A DNA stretch of 64,000 bases, taken from assembly GCA_010909165.1 (NCBI GenBank), contig MU008172.1:1313962-1377961 (forward strand), written 5' to 3'. The translations under genes and the position numbers were made by a program. The notes under the pieces are model-generated. The model made no database searches. It was not told the DNA's origin and worked only from the letters and a program-made list of their open reading frames with translations. The stretch comes from Anthoceros angustus. Taxonomy: Eukaryota > Plantae > Anthocerotophyta. Below are positions 12,895 to 27,045 of this stretch, piece by piece (the stretch's first letter is position 1; every line of letters begins with the position of its first letter).

Positions 12895-13247
12895 GAACAT
12901 CTATCAAACAATAAGTGGTCATCTATCCAATAAGTGTGAACATCTATCAAACAATAAGTGGTCTATAAAATTGAACATCTATCAAACAATAAGTGCTCAA
13001 AATTGAACATCTATCAAACAATAAAAATTGAACATCTATCAAACAATAAGTGGTAAAATTGAACATCTATCAAACAATAAGTGGTCTATAAAATTGAACA
13101 TCTATCAAACAATAAGTGGTCTATAAAATTGAACATCTATCAAACAATAAGTGGTCTATAAAATTGAACATCTATCAAACAATAAGTGGTCTAAAATTGA
13201 ACATCTATCAAACAATAAGTGGTCTAAAATTGAACATCTATCAAACA
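12895..13247 (+). repeat. ~35-bp minisatellite (aaattgaacatctatcaaacaataagtggtctata), array 1
   Basis: About 10 head-to-tail copies with no spacers. Confidence 0.95.
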
Positions 13248-14445
13248 ACAATTGAGAGGATATTGAGCAAAATTGAATATACAAAATAATCCATATTGAC
13301 CAATTTTAAATATTATAGAACAAACATCCAAGCAATAATGAATCACAACAATAATTATGATTGCTCAATAAGACAACTGGTCATCATCTTGATGACTTGA
13401 TCAAGCTCAATAAGAATTGGATTTGATCAAGCAAAAAATCACCACATGCATGATTCAAAATAAAATTGAGATGACTTGATCAAGCTCAATAAAAGAATAA
13501 GCATGACTTGATCAAGCTTAAGGCAAAATACATCACCATATGCAACCTAAGCAGGTGGCATCTAAGTCTTGATGACTTGATCAAGCTCAATAAAAGAAAT
13601 CTTGATCCAATGCATGAAGCAAGGCAGTCATGTTGACACACGACTTCTCAATAGCAAAGAATCGCATACTTAATCAAGGTTTGTAATACACACGGTGGCG
13701 GTTAGATGCAATATGGTGGAAGGCAAAGGACTTGTGAGCTTGATATATGATCAAACTCAAAAGCAAGGCGATGTCAGTGTTGAAGTCTCAATGTGATACT
13801 TGAGTGACTGTTGCATGTAAGGGTTCTCGAGTAGCTGGAACCACTAAGCCAAACAACCACTTGATCTGATGGCAAACCAATGACCATTGAGGCAATTGAG
13901 CAATGATAATCAAGCAAACCAACACTTTGGTGTGTGGCATGTTATAGGAAGAAGTGGAACTGCATGTAGTGCAGGTCTTGTGCCTAGATGTACCATGGTA
14001 GATGCTTGTTATGACTTCATTTTAATTTGTTACTTTGTGGATTGCTGATTTTGTATATTTGAGTTTCTGTTGTTGCAACTTCTAATTCTAATTTTTATTT
14101 ACTATGCTAGTAATCACTATACTAACATGTTGCAAACCAATGAAAGTTTGATCAAATACAATTAATTGTAAAGAAGAAGAAGAGGAAGGGGGAATGGAAG
14201 GGGGGGGGAAGGGGGGGGGGTTGGGGGAAGAGGAGGAGGAAGAAGATGCAAGAAGGTGGAGGAGAAGGCCATGAAGCACAAGAAGGGAAAAGGTGGAAGA
14301 AATTTACAAGTATGATTGATTTCATATGTTGTATTCTTTTGTTTTGCAATAGACATAATTTTAAATAAAAATACTAAATAAAATTACAACATGTACAAAA
14401 AAATTTATGAAGAAGTTTCATAGTTTTCTAAATACAATTAATAAC

Positions 14446-14620
14446 GAAGAAGAAGAAGAGGAAGAAGATGAAGAAGAAGAAGAAAGAAGAAGAACAAGAA
14501 GAGAAGAAGAAGAAGAAGAAGAAGAGAAGAGGAAGAAGAAGAACAAGATGAAGAGGAAGAAGAAGAAGAAGAACAACAACAAGAACAACAAGAAGAAGAA
14601 GATGAAGAAGATGAAGAAGA
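14446..14620 (+). repeat. (GAA)n imperfect microsatellite
   Basis: Seen directly; followed by atttattcaagtccactaaggacggat. Confidence 0.95.
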
Positions 14621-16727
14621 AATTTATTCAAGTCCACTAAGGACGGATCTTCATAGGATTGAAATATGGCAACTACAGATTGTGTAAAATGGTCTAGAAA
14701 TGCAAAGGTAAAATTCAAACAAGACAAATAATCTTCAATCAATCAATAATGTTAATGAAATGCATGAACGAGGGCTAAACACCACATTCATCCCCATGAA
14801 AGAAAGCCGTGACTTGCAAGACGACATCTAAAAGGGTCTCCTTCTTAATCTTCCATTGCAATGGTGTAAGATCATTGATATATAAGAGTCGAACATAGAC
14901 CTAGCCTTCATAACTCACGATCATCCATGGAGTGAAAAGTCATAATCATGCGGTCTCAAAAGATCCTTTCCAAGGCTCGAGCAAACTACATCGACTGCAA
15001 AAACAATGTTGACCATAAATTGAAGTTCAATGCACGCAGCATGCCGATATTGTGTGTTACCAAGACAAGCAAGGGGATCATATCATTAACTCCCAAGGGT
15101 TTCTAAGAATAGTCATAGAAAGTTTCTCCATTTTAATACACGGACATGCAAAACCCCAAATTGCATGCTAAAAATCCGCACTAAAAGACCATTTTGAATA
15201 GTTTAGGTCTTGTTTACGTGCACACAAACCATTTGATTTTCAATTTTATCCAATTTTGAGCCTTAAAGAAGGTCATTCTCACAATCCGCACGTGTACAAA
15301 CATTTAGAGTGTTAGGCTTGCTGGATTTTGGTGCAAACTTGTTTACGATCAACCTTTCACTGCATCACCAATCCTAAGACTATACTCCTAATCCTACAAG
15401 ACTTTGTTTCAGACATTTGGCACAATAATATCTTCCTTGACTGATGCTTGATTCGACAACAATGAAACAAAGGTATGGTGTGAGGATGGGCCCAAGCCAA
15501 ATGTCTAAAGATTCAAAAGATGCACAAGGTTCTCTATTGTTTTGCCGCTTGTTGTTTGAGGTTTTGTTTTGTTTTATGTTTTATGTTTTATTCTTTTGCT
15601 TTATTATGCCTTAATTTTTGTTGTGCTAGTGGTTTAATTTATATTATTGTAGTAATGTTTTTCCGTTGGCCATGAAATTTGAAAATGGAGATAAGATGAG
15701 AATCCCAATGCTTATGTATTCACAAGAAAAGCCCAAAGTAGGTCAAACGCTATTCCACAACGCAAAGTCTCTACGACTAACCTCTTATCCTACAAGTCTA
15801 GGTTTGTTTTCTTTATAGTTTGATCATCCTTGAAATCATAATATGATGAGTAGTTCTTTATGTAAAGTGTACAAATTGGATGGTCTCATCTACACTAAAG
15901 TATTGGGGTCTCCTAATTGCGCTGCCTTGCAATATTGGGCACCTTGATAAAGATTTCGTCAAACTAGATATAAATAATGGCTCCTTTTGATGAAGGTTTG
16001 AATGCCATGGACACCCCTTAGTAAGAAGCAGTTTGGGAGGCCATCGTGAGCTTCAACATAAAAGGTTCGTGGCAATCAAGGCCAGCCTTAAGTTGACGTA
16101 AGTTTAGTACGCAATTCATAACATTAATAAGGTTAAAACTATGACCATGTTACCACATTTTGAAGTGTTAGGCATGACATTGCTTAGTTCACGTCACAAA
16201 GTTCATCAAGGACGAAACAAATGCCTTTGTCTAATCACGTGTGGTAACTATTTCCCACATCAACTTCTATTCCTACAAGATTTGGTGTAGTTTAGTTCTC
16301 AATTGACATGTTGTACATTAAGAAGGCAAGGTGAGGAGACTTAATTATTAAGTTGCACAACCATGCCATTTTGTTACTAAGATGGACCACGAGTAGAAAG
16401 AAATTCAAAGATACCACAAAAGAAAATACCAAATATAAATATAATATCGCTACCACAAGAAAACAATTAGAACATGCCGGAAAGGAAATATCATATATCC
16501 ATTAATAGTATACAAGAAAACAACTTGAACGTGCATAAAGGAAATATCAAATATCCATTTATAGTACCTATCACAAGAAAAACAATTTGAAGATGCTAGA
16601 AAGGAAATATCAAATATCCGATAGTATCTAGTATTCAAGGTCATCTATAAAGGAGCCATCATCTATGGTTGGTTGAGTTGCATAAGCTGAATAAGAAGTG
16701 GTTTGTTGGTTGCTCATCCTGAGTATG

Positions 16728-17055
16728 CATCTATCCAATAAGTGAGCATCTATCACAATAAGTGGAAAATTGTCTATCGTCTCATCTATCAAACAATAAG
16801 TGCTCGTTTGAACATCTATCAAACAATAAGTGGAAAATTGAACATCTATCAAACAATAAGTGGTAAGAAAATTGAACATCTATCAAACAACAAGTATAAA
16901 ATTGAACATCTATCAAACAATAAGTGGTCTATAAAATTGAACATCTATCAAACAATAAGTGGTCTATAAAATTGAACATCTATCAAACAATAAGTGGTGT
17001 AAAATTGAACATCTATCAAACAATAAGTGGTCTATTGAACATCTATCAAACAACA
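16728..17055 (+). repeat. 35-bp minisatellite, array 2
   Basis: Same unit, head-to-tail copies. Confidence 0.9.
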
Positions 17056-18078
17056 AGTGTGGTATTAACAAAATTGAATAAATCTATAAACAATAAGATA
17101 AAACATTAAAACAAACATGTAACAATAATGAATCTATCAACAATAAGTCTATAAGACAATTGCACATCATCAATTCAATAGAAATTGATATTGATTTATC
17201 ATTGACCAATAAACTCTAACAAATTGACATCCATCAAGCAATGAATAACATATTGATCAAGCACAAAGGACCTATGCCACTATAATTATGAGTTCACAAG
17301 GAACAACAGTCTTGATGACTTGATCAAGCTCAATAAAAGAAAGCTGCATGGACCAAGAGATGCTAAACAATGAGTCTATGCACCACATGCAATAAAGTCA
17401 AGATCACTTAATAAGGACAAAGTGTCGGAGATCAAGCTTATAAGGCAAAGGACTTGTCAGCTCAAAGATCAACCTCAAAAGAGGCACGCTCAATTGATCT
17501 CAATGTGGACTTGATGCTGTTCACAAGAGTGCTCAAAGTGGTCAACCACTGAAACAAAGGTCTTGATAAACCAATCTTAGGCAATTGATATCTTGTAAGC
17601 ACAACTTGTATCACTGTTAGAAAATGAACTTGATCAAAACTAGGTTCTTATCACTTGTACTTAATTTAGTTGCTTGAACTTGTTACATTTGTGATGCTTT
17701 GTGACTAATTTTATATTTTTGTTTCTTTGTTGTTTGTCTCTCTAATTTTAATTTTTATACTTGCTATGATAACCTATCTAAACTGTTGCAACCTAATAAG
17801 TTTGATGTCAAACTTAATCTTGGCAAAAAAGAAAGGGGGGGGGGGAATGGGGGGGTATGAAGAGGGGGGGAATTTGGAAGAATGAGGAGGAGGAAGGGCA
17901 AAAGTGAAGAGGAAAAGAAGGCACACCGCACAAGAAAAGGGGCTGAGAAGAAATATGTATGGGTTTCTTTATTGTTGGAATAGCATAAATAAAAATAAAA
18001 AATATTTATTATGCTAGGAAAAAAATACAAAAAAATATTATGAGAAGTTTCATAGTTTTCTAAATACAATTAATAACT

Positions 18079-18081
18079 GAA

Positions 18082-18116
<35 letters not shown>

Positions 18117-18147
18117 AGAAGAAGAAGAAGAAGAAGAACAAGAAGAT

Positions 18148-18191
<44 letters not shown>

Positions 18192-18260
18192 GAAGAGGAA
18201 GAAGAAGAAGAAGAACAATAAGAACAACAAGAAGAAGAAGATGAAGAAGATGAAGAAGAA
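18079..18260 (+). repeat. (GAA)n imperfect microsatellite
   Basis: Seen directly; followed by the same motif (slightly degenerate). Confidence 0.95.
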
Positions 18261-20269
18261 ATTTATTCAAGTCCACTAAGGACGATCAGGATTGAAATAT
18301 GGCAACTACATAGATTGCGGTAAAATGGTCTAGAGAATGCAAAGGTAAAATTCAAACAAGACAAATAATCTTCAATCAATCAACAATAATGTTAATGAAA
18401 TGCATGAAGAGGGCTAAACACCACAAATTCATCCCCATGAAAGAAAGCGTGACTTGCAAGGATAAAGGTGTAACTCCTTCTTAATCTTCCATTGCAATGG
18501 TGTAAGATCGATTGATATATAAGAGTGTGTAACATAGACCTAGCCTTCATAAGGAGGCGATCATCCATGGAGTGAAAAGTCATAATCAAATGCGGTCTAA
18601 AGATCCTTTCAAGCAAGGCAAACACCACATCGACCTCTAGCCTATTGAGAAACTCCTTGCAGAAGTGGTGCAACAATGTCATTACCAAGACCATAAATTC
18701 TGTTCAATGCATGAGAAATGTTGATATTGTGTTTACCACCAGACAAGAAGGAGCAATCCATATCATTAACTCATGGGTTTCTACCAAGAATAGTGGGTAG
18801 AAATTTCTCCAGAACCTTGCATGACTTGCAAACCCCAAATTGCATGCTAAAAATCCGCACTGACCATTTTGAATAGTTTAGGTCTTGTTTACGGTGCACA
18901 AAGCATGATTTTCAATTTATCAATTTTGAGCCTTCCTAAAAGAAGGTCATTCTCACAATCCACGTACAAACATTTAGAGTGTTTAGGGCTTGTGATTTTG
19001 GTGTGCAAACTTGTTTGCGATCAACCTTTCACTACCACCAATCCTAAGACTATACTCAATCCTAAGACTTTGTTTCTTAGACATTTGACAATAATATCTT
19101 CCTTGACCGATGTTTTCTGATTCGCCACAATGCGAGAAAAGGGTATGGTGGACTATCAGCCAAGCCAAATGTCTAAAGATTCAAAAGATGCACAAGGTTC
19201 TCTATTGTTTTGTGTTGTTTGAGGTTTTGTTTTGTTTTATGTTTTATGTTTTATTTTTTTGCTTTATTATGCCTTAATTTTTGTTGTGCTAGTGGTTTAA
19301 TTTATATTATTGTAGTAATGTTTTTTCCGTTTGGCCATGAAATTTGAAAATGGAGATAAGATGAGAATCCCAATGCTTATGTATTCACAAGAAAAGCCCA
19401 AAGTAGGTCAAACCGCTATTCCACAACGCAAAGTCTCTCTCGACTAACCTCTTATCCTACAAGTCTAGGTTTTGTTTCTCGCTACGAGTTTGATAGTCCT
19501 TGAAATCATAATATGATGAGTAGTTCTTTATGTAAAGTGTACAAATTGGATGGTCTCATCTACACTAAAGTATTGGGGTCTTCTAATTGCTGCTTGCGCC
19601 TTGCAATATTGGGCACCTTGATAAAGATTTCGTGCCGCAAACTAGATATACGAATGGCTCCTTTTGATGAAGGTTTGAATGCCATGGACAGCCCTTAGTA
19701 AGAAGCGCTTTGGGAGGCCATCGTGAGCTTCAACATAAAAGGTTCGTGGCAATCAAGGCCACCTTAAGTTGACGTAAGTTTAGCACGCAATTCATAACAT
19801 TAATAAGGTTAAAACTATGACCATGTTACCACATTTGGGCTGAAGTGTTAGGCATGACATTGCTTAGTTCACGCCACAAAGTTCATCAAGGAACCAAACA
19901 AATGCCTTTGTCTAATCACGGTGGTAACTATTTCACATCAACTTCTATTCCACATTTGGTGTAGTTTAGTTCTCCAATTGACATGTTGTACATTAAGAAG
20001 GCAAGGAGGAGACTTAATTATTAAGTTGCACAACCATGCCATTTTGTTACTAAGATGGACCAATACGAGGTGAAAGAAATTCAAAGATACCACAAAGAAA
20101 ATACCAAATATAAATATAATATACCACAAGAAAACAATTAGAACATGCCGGAAAGGAAATATCATATATCCATTAATAGTATGTATTACAAGAAAACAAC
20201 TTGAACGTGCCATAAAGGAAATATCAAATATCCATTTATAGTACCTATCAGAAGAAAAAATTGAAGAAA

Positions 20270-20770
20270 AGAAATATCAAACAATGTAGTATCTATCAAG
20301 TATTGAACATCTATAAACAATATGGAAAATTGAACATTTATCAAACAATAAGTGGTTGGTAAAATTGCTCATCCTTCAACGTTCCACCTCGAACTCTAAA
20401 AAATTGATTTGAATATTGAACAACCACCACTTGAATATATAACAAAAATAACCATATTGAAATTTTAAAACATCTATCAAACAAACATCTAAAATGAACA
20501 TCTATAATAATATGAGTCAAAAAACAAGTATCATCTAAGTTGAACATCAAGCTCAATAAAAAGAAGTGGTCTTATCAATTGGCAAACATCATCAACATAT
20601 AAGTAAAACAAATTGACATCTATCACAATAAGAATAATAAAATTGAACATCACAAAACAGTCAAAAATTATGAACTATAAAACAAATCATTTGAACATCT
20701 ATAAACAATAATTATAATTGACATCTACAAACATAAAACACATCAACAATAAATATCAAATAACCTCTAT
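20270..20770 (+). repeat. 35-bp minisatellite, array 3 (highly degenerate)
   Basis: Scattered aacatctatcaaacaa cores at the equivalent position in the unit. Confidence 0.6.
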
Positions 20771-21443
20771 CAAACAATGTCAGAAAGAGCAAAACAATAA
20801 GTGCGTCAGCTCAATATGAAAAGGAACCAAAGAGACTTGCTCACGAAGCAACGATCTTGATGACTGATCAATAATGATGGCTCACAAAAGTATACTTAAA
20901 ACAATATCTTGATGGACTGCCAAGGCAAATTGAATCGATGATAATCAAGCTCAAACCAAAAAATGAGTGTGCACAAAGACCAATGATCATGCAGAGGTCT
21001 TGATCACCAATTTAAGTCTGATGCGTTTAAATTTGTTGCACAACTGTGATGCTTTAAGTGTAACTTTGAACATATGTATGATTGTTGAGTTTTGTTGCTG
21101 AATGATGCTACTAATTCATAATTTTTATTTACTTGCATGATTTCACATACTAAACTGTTGCAACCCAGATGGGTTTCTGAGTTTCTTTAACCACTAAGAA
21201 GGAAGAAGAGGAGGAGGGGGGCAAGAGGGGGGGCGGGGTGGAAGAGGGGGGGGGGGGAGGAGGAGGGCAAAAGTGAGAGGAGGGGCTCACAATTTGGCAA
21301 AGAAAAGGATGAAGAAGTTTATTCAATATCATTTTGTTTCTTATATTGTTGTAAACAATTTAAATTTTATATTTAAATGCTAGTGAAAAATTCACTACAC
21401 AAAAAAATTTATGAAGTTTCAGTTTTCTAAATACAACAACTGT

Positions 21444-21477
<34 letters not shown>

Positions 21478-21620
21478 AGAAGAAGAAAAAGAAATAAGAA
21501 GAAGAGAAGAAGAAGAAGAAGAAGAAGAGAAGAAGAAGAACAAGAAGAAAAGAGGAAGAAGAAGAAGAACAACAACAAGAAGAACAACAAGAAGAAGAAG
21601 ATGAAGAGGAAGAAGAAGAA
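21444..21620 (+). repeat. (GAA)n imperfect microsatellite
   Basis: Seen directly; followed by the same motif. Confidence 0.95.
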
Positions 21621-23772
21621 ATTTATTCAAGTCCACTAAGGACGGATCTTGATAGGATTGAAATATGGCAACTACATAGATAAAATGGTCTAGAGATGCA
21701 AAGGTAAAATTCAAACAAGACAAATAATCTTCAATCAATCAATAATGTTAATGAAATGCATAGGCAAAACACCACAAATTCATCCCCATGAAAGAAAGTG
21801 ACTTGAGACGAAAGAAAAGGTGTAACTTCTCCTTCTTAATCTTCCATTGCAATGGTGTAAGATCAAGATTGATATATAATGAGTCGTCAACATAGACCTA
21901 GCCTTCATAATGAGGCGATCATCCATGGAGTGAAAAGTTAATCAATATGCGGACCAAAGATCCTTTCAGCAAGGCAACACATCGACCTCTAGCCTATTGA
22001 GAAACTCCTTTGCAGCCACAAGTGGTGCAACAATGTCATTACAAGACCATAAATTGGTTCAATGCACGAGCAGGCCTTCGATATTGTGTTACCACCAGAC
22101 AAGAAGAGATCATATCATTAACTCCCATGGGTTTCTACGAATAGTAGAAAGTTTCTCCAAGAACTGCACAGCAAACCCCAAATTGCATGCTAAAAATCCG
22201 CACTGACCATTTTGAATAGTTTAGGTCTTGTTTACGCAGCACAAAGCATGATTTTCAATTTTATCCAATTTTGAGCCTTCCTAAGGTCATTCTCAATCCG
22301 CACGTGTACAAACATTTAGAGTGTTTAGCTGTGATTTTGGTGTGCAAACTTGTTTGATCAACCTTTCACTGCATCACCAATCCTAAGACTATACTCGCAA
22401 TCCTACAAGACTTTGTTTCAGACATTTGGCAATAATATCTTCCTTGACCGATGCTTCTTGATTAGCAATGCGAGAACGAAGTGGTATGTGTGCACTATCA
22501 GCCCAAGCCAAATGTCTAAAGATTCAAAGATGCACAAGGTTCTCTATTGTTTTGTTGTTTGAGGTTTTGTTTTGTTTTATGTTTTATGTTTTATTCTTTT
22601 TTGCTTTATTATGCCTTAATTTTTGTTGTGCTAGTGGTTTAATTTATATTATTGTAGTAATGTTTTTTCCGTTTGGCCATGAAATTTGAAAATGGAGATA
22701 AGATGAGAATCCCAATGCTTATGTATTCACAAGAAAAGCCCAAAGTAGGTCAAACCTGCTATTCCACAACGCAAAGTCTCTACGACTAACCTCTTATCCT
22801 ACAAGTCTAGGTTTGTTTTCCGCTCACGAGTTTGATAGTCCTTGAAATCATAATATGATGAGTAGTTCTTTATGTCAAAGTGTACAAATTGGATGGTCTC
22901 ATCTACACTAAAGTATTGGGGTCTCCTAATTGCCGCTTGCCTTGCAATATTGGGCACCTTGATAAAGATTTCGTGTCACAAACTAGATATCGAATGGCTC
23001 CTTTTGATGAAGGTTTGAATGCCATGGACAGCCCTTAGTAAGAAGCGTTTTGGGAGGCCATCGTGAGCTTCAACATAAAAGGTTCGTGGCAATCAAGGCC
23101 TTAAGTTGACGTAAGTTTAGCACGCAATTCATAACATTAATAAGGTTAAAACTATGACCATGTTACCACATTTGAAGTGTTAGGCATGACATTGCTTAGT
23201 TCACGCCACAAAGTTCATCAAGGAACAAACAAATGCCTTTGTCTAATCACGTGGTAACTATTTCCCACATCAACGCCCTACAAAGATTTGGTGTAGTTTA
23301 GTTCTCCAATTGACATGTTGTACATTAAGAAGGCAAGTGAGGAGACTTAATTATTGTTGCACAACCATGCCATTTTGTTACTAAGATGGACCAATACGAA
23401 GTGAAAGAAATTCAAAGATACCACAAAGAAAATACCAAATATAAATATAATATCGCTACCACAAGAAAACAATTAGAACATCCGGAAAGGAAATATCATA
23501 TATCCATTAATAGTATGTATTACAAGAAAAACAACTTGAACGTGCCATAAAGGAAATATCAAATATCCATTTATAGTACCTATCACAAGAAAAACAATTT
23601 GAAGATGCTAGAAAGGAAATATCAAATATCCTCAGATAGTATCTAGTATTCAAGGTCATCTATAAAGGAGCCATCATCTAAGTGGTTGGTTGAGTTGCCC
23701 ACCCAACGTTGCACCTTAGGAAAGCCTAACAAGAAGTGGTTTGTTAAGTTGCTCATCCTCGCCACACCTCGT

Positions 23773-24050
23773 GAACATCTATCAAACAATAAGTGATAAA
23801 AATTGAACATCTATCAAACAATAAGTGCATTGAACATCTATCAAACAATAAGTGGTCTATAAATTGAACATCTATCAAACAATAAGTGGTCTATAAAATT
23901 GAACATCTATCAAACAATAAGTGGTAAAATTGAACATCTATCAAACAATAAGTGGTCTATAAATTGAACATCTATCAAACAATAAGTGGTCTAAAATTGA
24001 ACATCTATCAAACAATAAGTGGTCTAAAATTGAACATCTATCAAACAACA
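23773..24050 (+). repeat. 35-bp minisatellite, array 4
   Basis: About 8 head-to-tail copies. Confidence 0.9.
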
Positions 24051-25090
24051 AGTGCCTAAAATTGAACAAATTGAATAACAAAATAATCCATATAAATTTT
24101 AAATACATTGACACAAACATCAAACAATAAGTGGTCTAAAATTGATCTCAAAACAGACAAGTGGTCATGTTTGAACATCAATCAACAAAAGAATTGATAT
24201 TGATCTAGGCAAACTCACCAATATGAATAAAACAAATATCATATTGACCAATAAAGAATAAGCAACATCAAGCAATAAATACATCAGCACATATTATGAT
24301 TGCGCTAAGGACATGAGTCTTGATGACTTGATCAAGCTCAAAAAAGCAATGGCGGTCATCCAATGCTATAAGAAAATAAGTCATGTTGACAATAGCAAGT
24401 AGCAAACAATAACACTTAATAAGGAATAAAGGTGTGCGAGATCAAGCTTATGGAAGGCAAAGGACGCAGCTCATAAGAGCAACTCAAACATAGGCATCTT
24501 GCTCACAATTGAAGTCTCAAGTGATACTTGACATCAAACAGAGTGCTATGAAAAGCTTGAACCACTAAGAAACAACCACTTGATCTTGATCAAACCAATG
24601 ACCATTGAGGCTTGAAATGATAATCAAGCACATAGTGTGCTGTTTGGAATGTGAATTGTAGTGCATCTTGTGAGCTAGATGTACTTCAAGTGATATGCAT
24701 TAACTTTGTTGCACATCAGATGCTTTGTGCAACTTTTTTATTGTTGTTGTTTCTTTGTTGTTGATGTCTCTAATTAAATTAATTTTTTGTTACTTGCTAG
24801 TGTAATCTCTAACATGTTGCAATACCAAAACTGCAAACTTGATCTTGAAAAGAAAAGAGGCAGAGAGGGGGGGGGGGGGGGGGGGGGGGTTGAAGAAGGG
24901 GGGGGAGGGAGGAGGGCAAGAAGTGAAGAGGATGCAAGAAGAAGCACAACCAAGCACAAGAAGGGGGTGAAGAAGTTTATGTATGATGTTTCTTTGTTTT
25001 GTTGTTTACATATTATATATAAATACTATTATACTATAAAAATGTATAAAACAATTGAAGAAGTTTCATAGTTTTCTAAATACAATTAAT

Positions 25091-25266
25091 AAGAAGAAGA
25101 AGAGGAAGAAGATGAAGAAGAAGAAGAAGAAGAAGAAGAAGAAGAAGAAGAAGAAGAAGAAGAAGAAGAAGAAGAAGAGGAGGAAGAAGAAGAACAAGAA
25201 GATGAAGAGGAAGAAGAAGAACAACAACAACAACAAGAAGAAGAAGATGAAGACGAAGAAGAAGAA
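25091..25266 (+). repeat. (GAA)n imperfect microsatellite
   Basis: Seen directly; followed by the same motif. Confidence 0.95.
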
Positions 25267-27045
25267 ATTTATTCAAGTCCACTAAGGACGGATCTTCGTC
25301 ATAGGATTGAAATATGGCAACTACATAGATTGCGGTAAAATGGTCTAGACGAATGCAAAGGTAAAATTCAAACAAGACAAATAATCTTCAATCAATCAAT
25401 AATGTTAATGAAATGCATGAACGAGGGCTAAACACCACAAATTCATCCCCATGAAAGAAAGCCGTTGACTTGCAGACGAGAAAAAGGTGTAACTTCTCCT
25501 TCTTAATCTTCCATTGCAATGGTGTAAGATCGATTGATATATAAGAGTCGTCTGTAACATAGACCTAGCCTTCATAACTGGAGGCGATCATCCATGGAGT
25601 GAAAAGTCATAATCAATGCGGTCTCTACCAAAGATCCTTTCCAAGCCAAGGCTCGAGCAACGACCATCGACCTCTAGCCTATTGAGAAACTCCTTTGCAG
25701 CCACAAGTGGTGCAACAATGTCATTACCAAGACCATAAATTCTCAAGTTCAATGCACGCGAGCATCCGCCTGATATTGTGTTACCACCGTGACAAGAAGG
25801 AGGGGGGATCGATATCATTAACTCCCATGGGTTTCTACCATAGCGTGGTAGCCAAGAACCTTTTGCACACGATATGCAAAACCCCAAATTGCATGCTAAA
25901 AATCCGCACTAAAAAGACCATTTTGAATAGTTTAGGTCTTGTTTACGGTGCACAAACGCATTTGATCAATTTTATCCAATTTTGAGCCTTCCTAAAAGAA
26001 GGTCATTCTCACAATCCACGCGTGTACAAACATTTAGAGTGTTTAGGGCTTCGTGATTTTGGTGTGCAAACTTGTTTGCATCAACCTTTCACTGCACATC
26101 AATCCTAAGACTATACTCGCTGGGAATCCTACAAGACTTTGTTTCAGACATTTGGCACAATAATATCTTCCTTGACCGATGCTCTTCTTGATTACCGCAC
26201 GAGAACGAAGTGGTATGGTGTGCACAGGAGTCGGGCCCAAGCCAAATGTCTAAAGATTCAAAAGATGCACAAGGTTCTCTCTATTGTTTTGCTGTTGTTT
26301 GAGGTTTTGTTTTGTTTTATGTTTTATGTTTTATTCTTTTTTGCTTTATTATGCCTTAATTTTTGTTGTGCTAGTGGTTTAATTTATATTATTGTAGTAA
26401 TGTTTTTCCGCTTTGGCCATGAAATTTGAAAATGGAGATAAGATGAGAATCCCAATGCTTATGTATTCACAAGAAAAGCCCAAAGTAGGTCAAACCTGCT
26501 ATTCCACAACGCAAAGTCTCTACGACTAACCTCTTATCCTACAAGTCTAGGTTTGTTTTACGCTCACGTAGTTTGATAGTCCTTGAAATCATAATATGAT
26601 GAGTAGTTCTTTATGTCAAAGGTGTACAAATTGGATGGTCTCATCTACACTAAAGTATTGGGGTCTCCTAATTGCCGCGCACCTTGCAATATTGGGCACC
26701 TTGATAAAGATTTCGTGCCAAACTAGATATACGAATGGCTCCTTTTGATGAAGGTTTGAATGCCATGGACAACCCTTAGTAAGAAGCAGTTTTGGGAGGC
26801 CATCGTGAGCTTCAACATAAATCAAGGTCAGCCTTAAGTTGACGTAAGTTTAGCACGCAATTCATAACATTAATAAGGTTAAAACTATGACCATGTTACC
26901 ACATTTGGGCTGAATTCAGTGTTAGGCATGACATTGCTTAGTTCACGTCACAAAGTTCATCAAGGAACGAAACAAATGCCTTTGTCTAATCACGTGTGGT
27001 AACTATTTCCCACATCAACTTCTATTCCTACAGCATTTGGTGTAG

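Noticed and set aside
12895-13247. CRISPR-like array of ~35-bp repeats
   Set aside because: The copies are head-to-tail with no unique spacers, there are no cas genes, and the context is eukaryotic. It is a minisatellite.
14407-14742. Poly-K/E/F/L ORFs (also at 18070, 21360-21738 and 25055-25375)
   Set aside because: These are translations of (GAA)n microsatellites.
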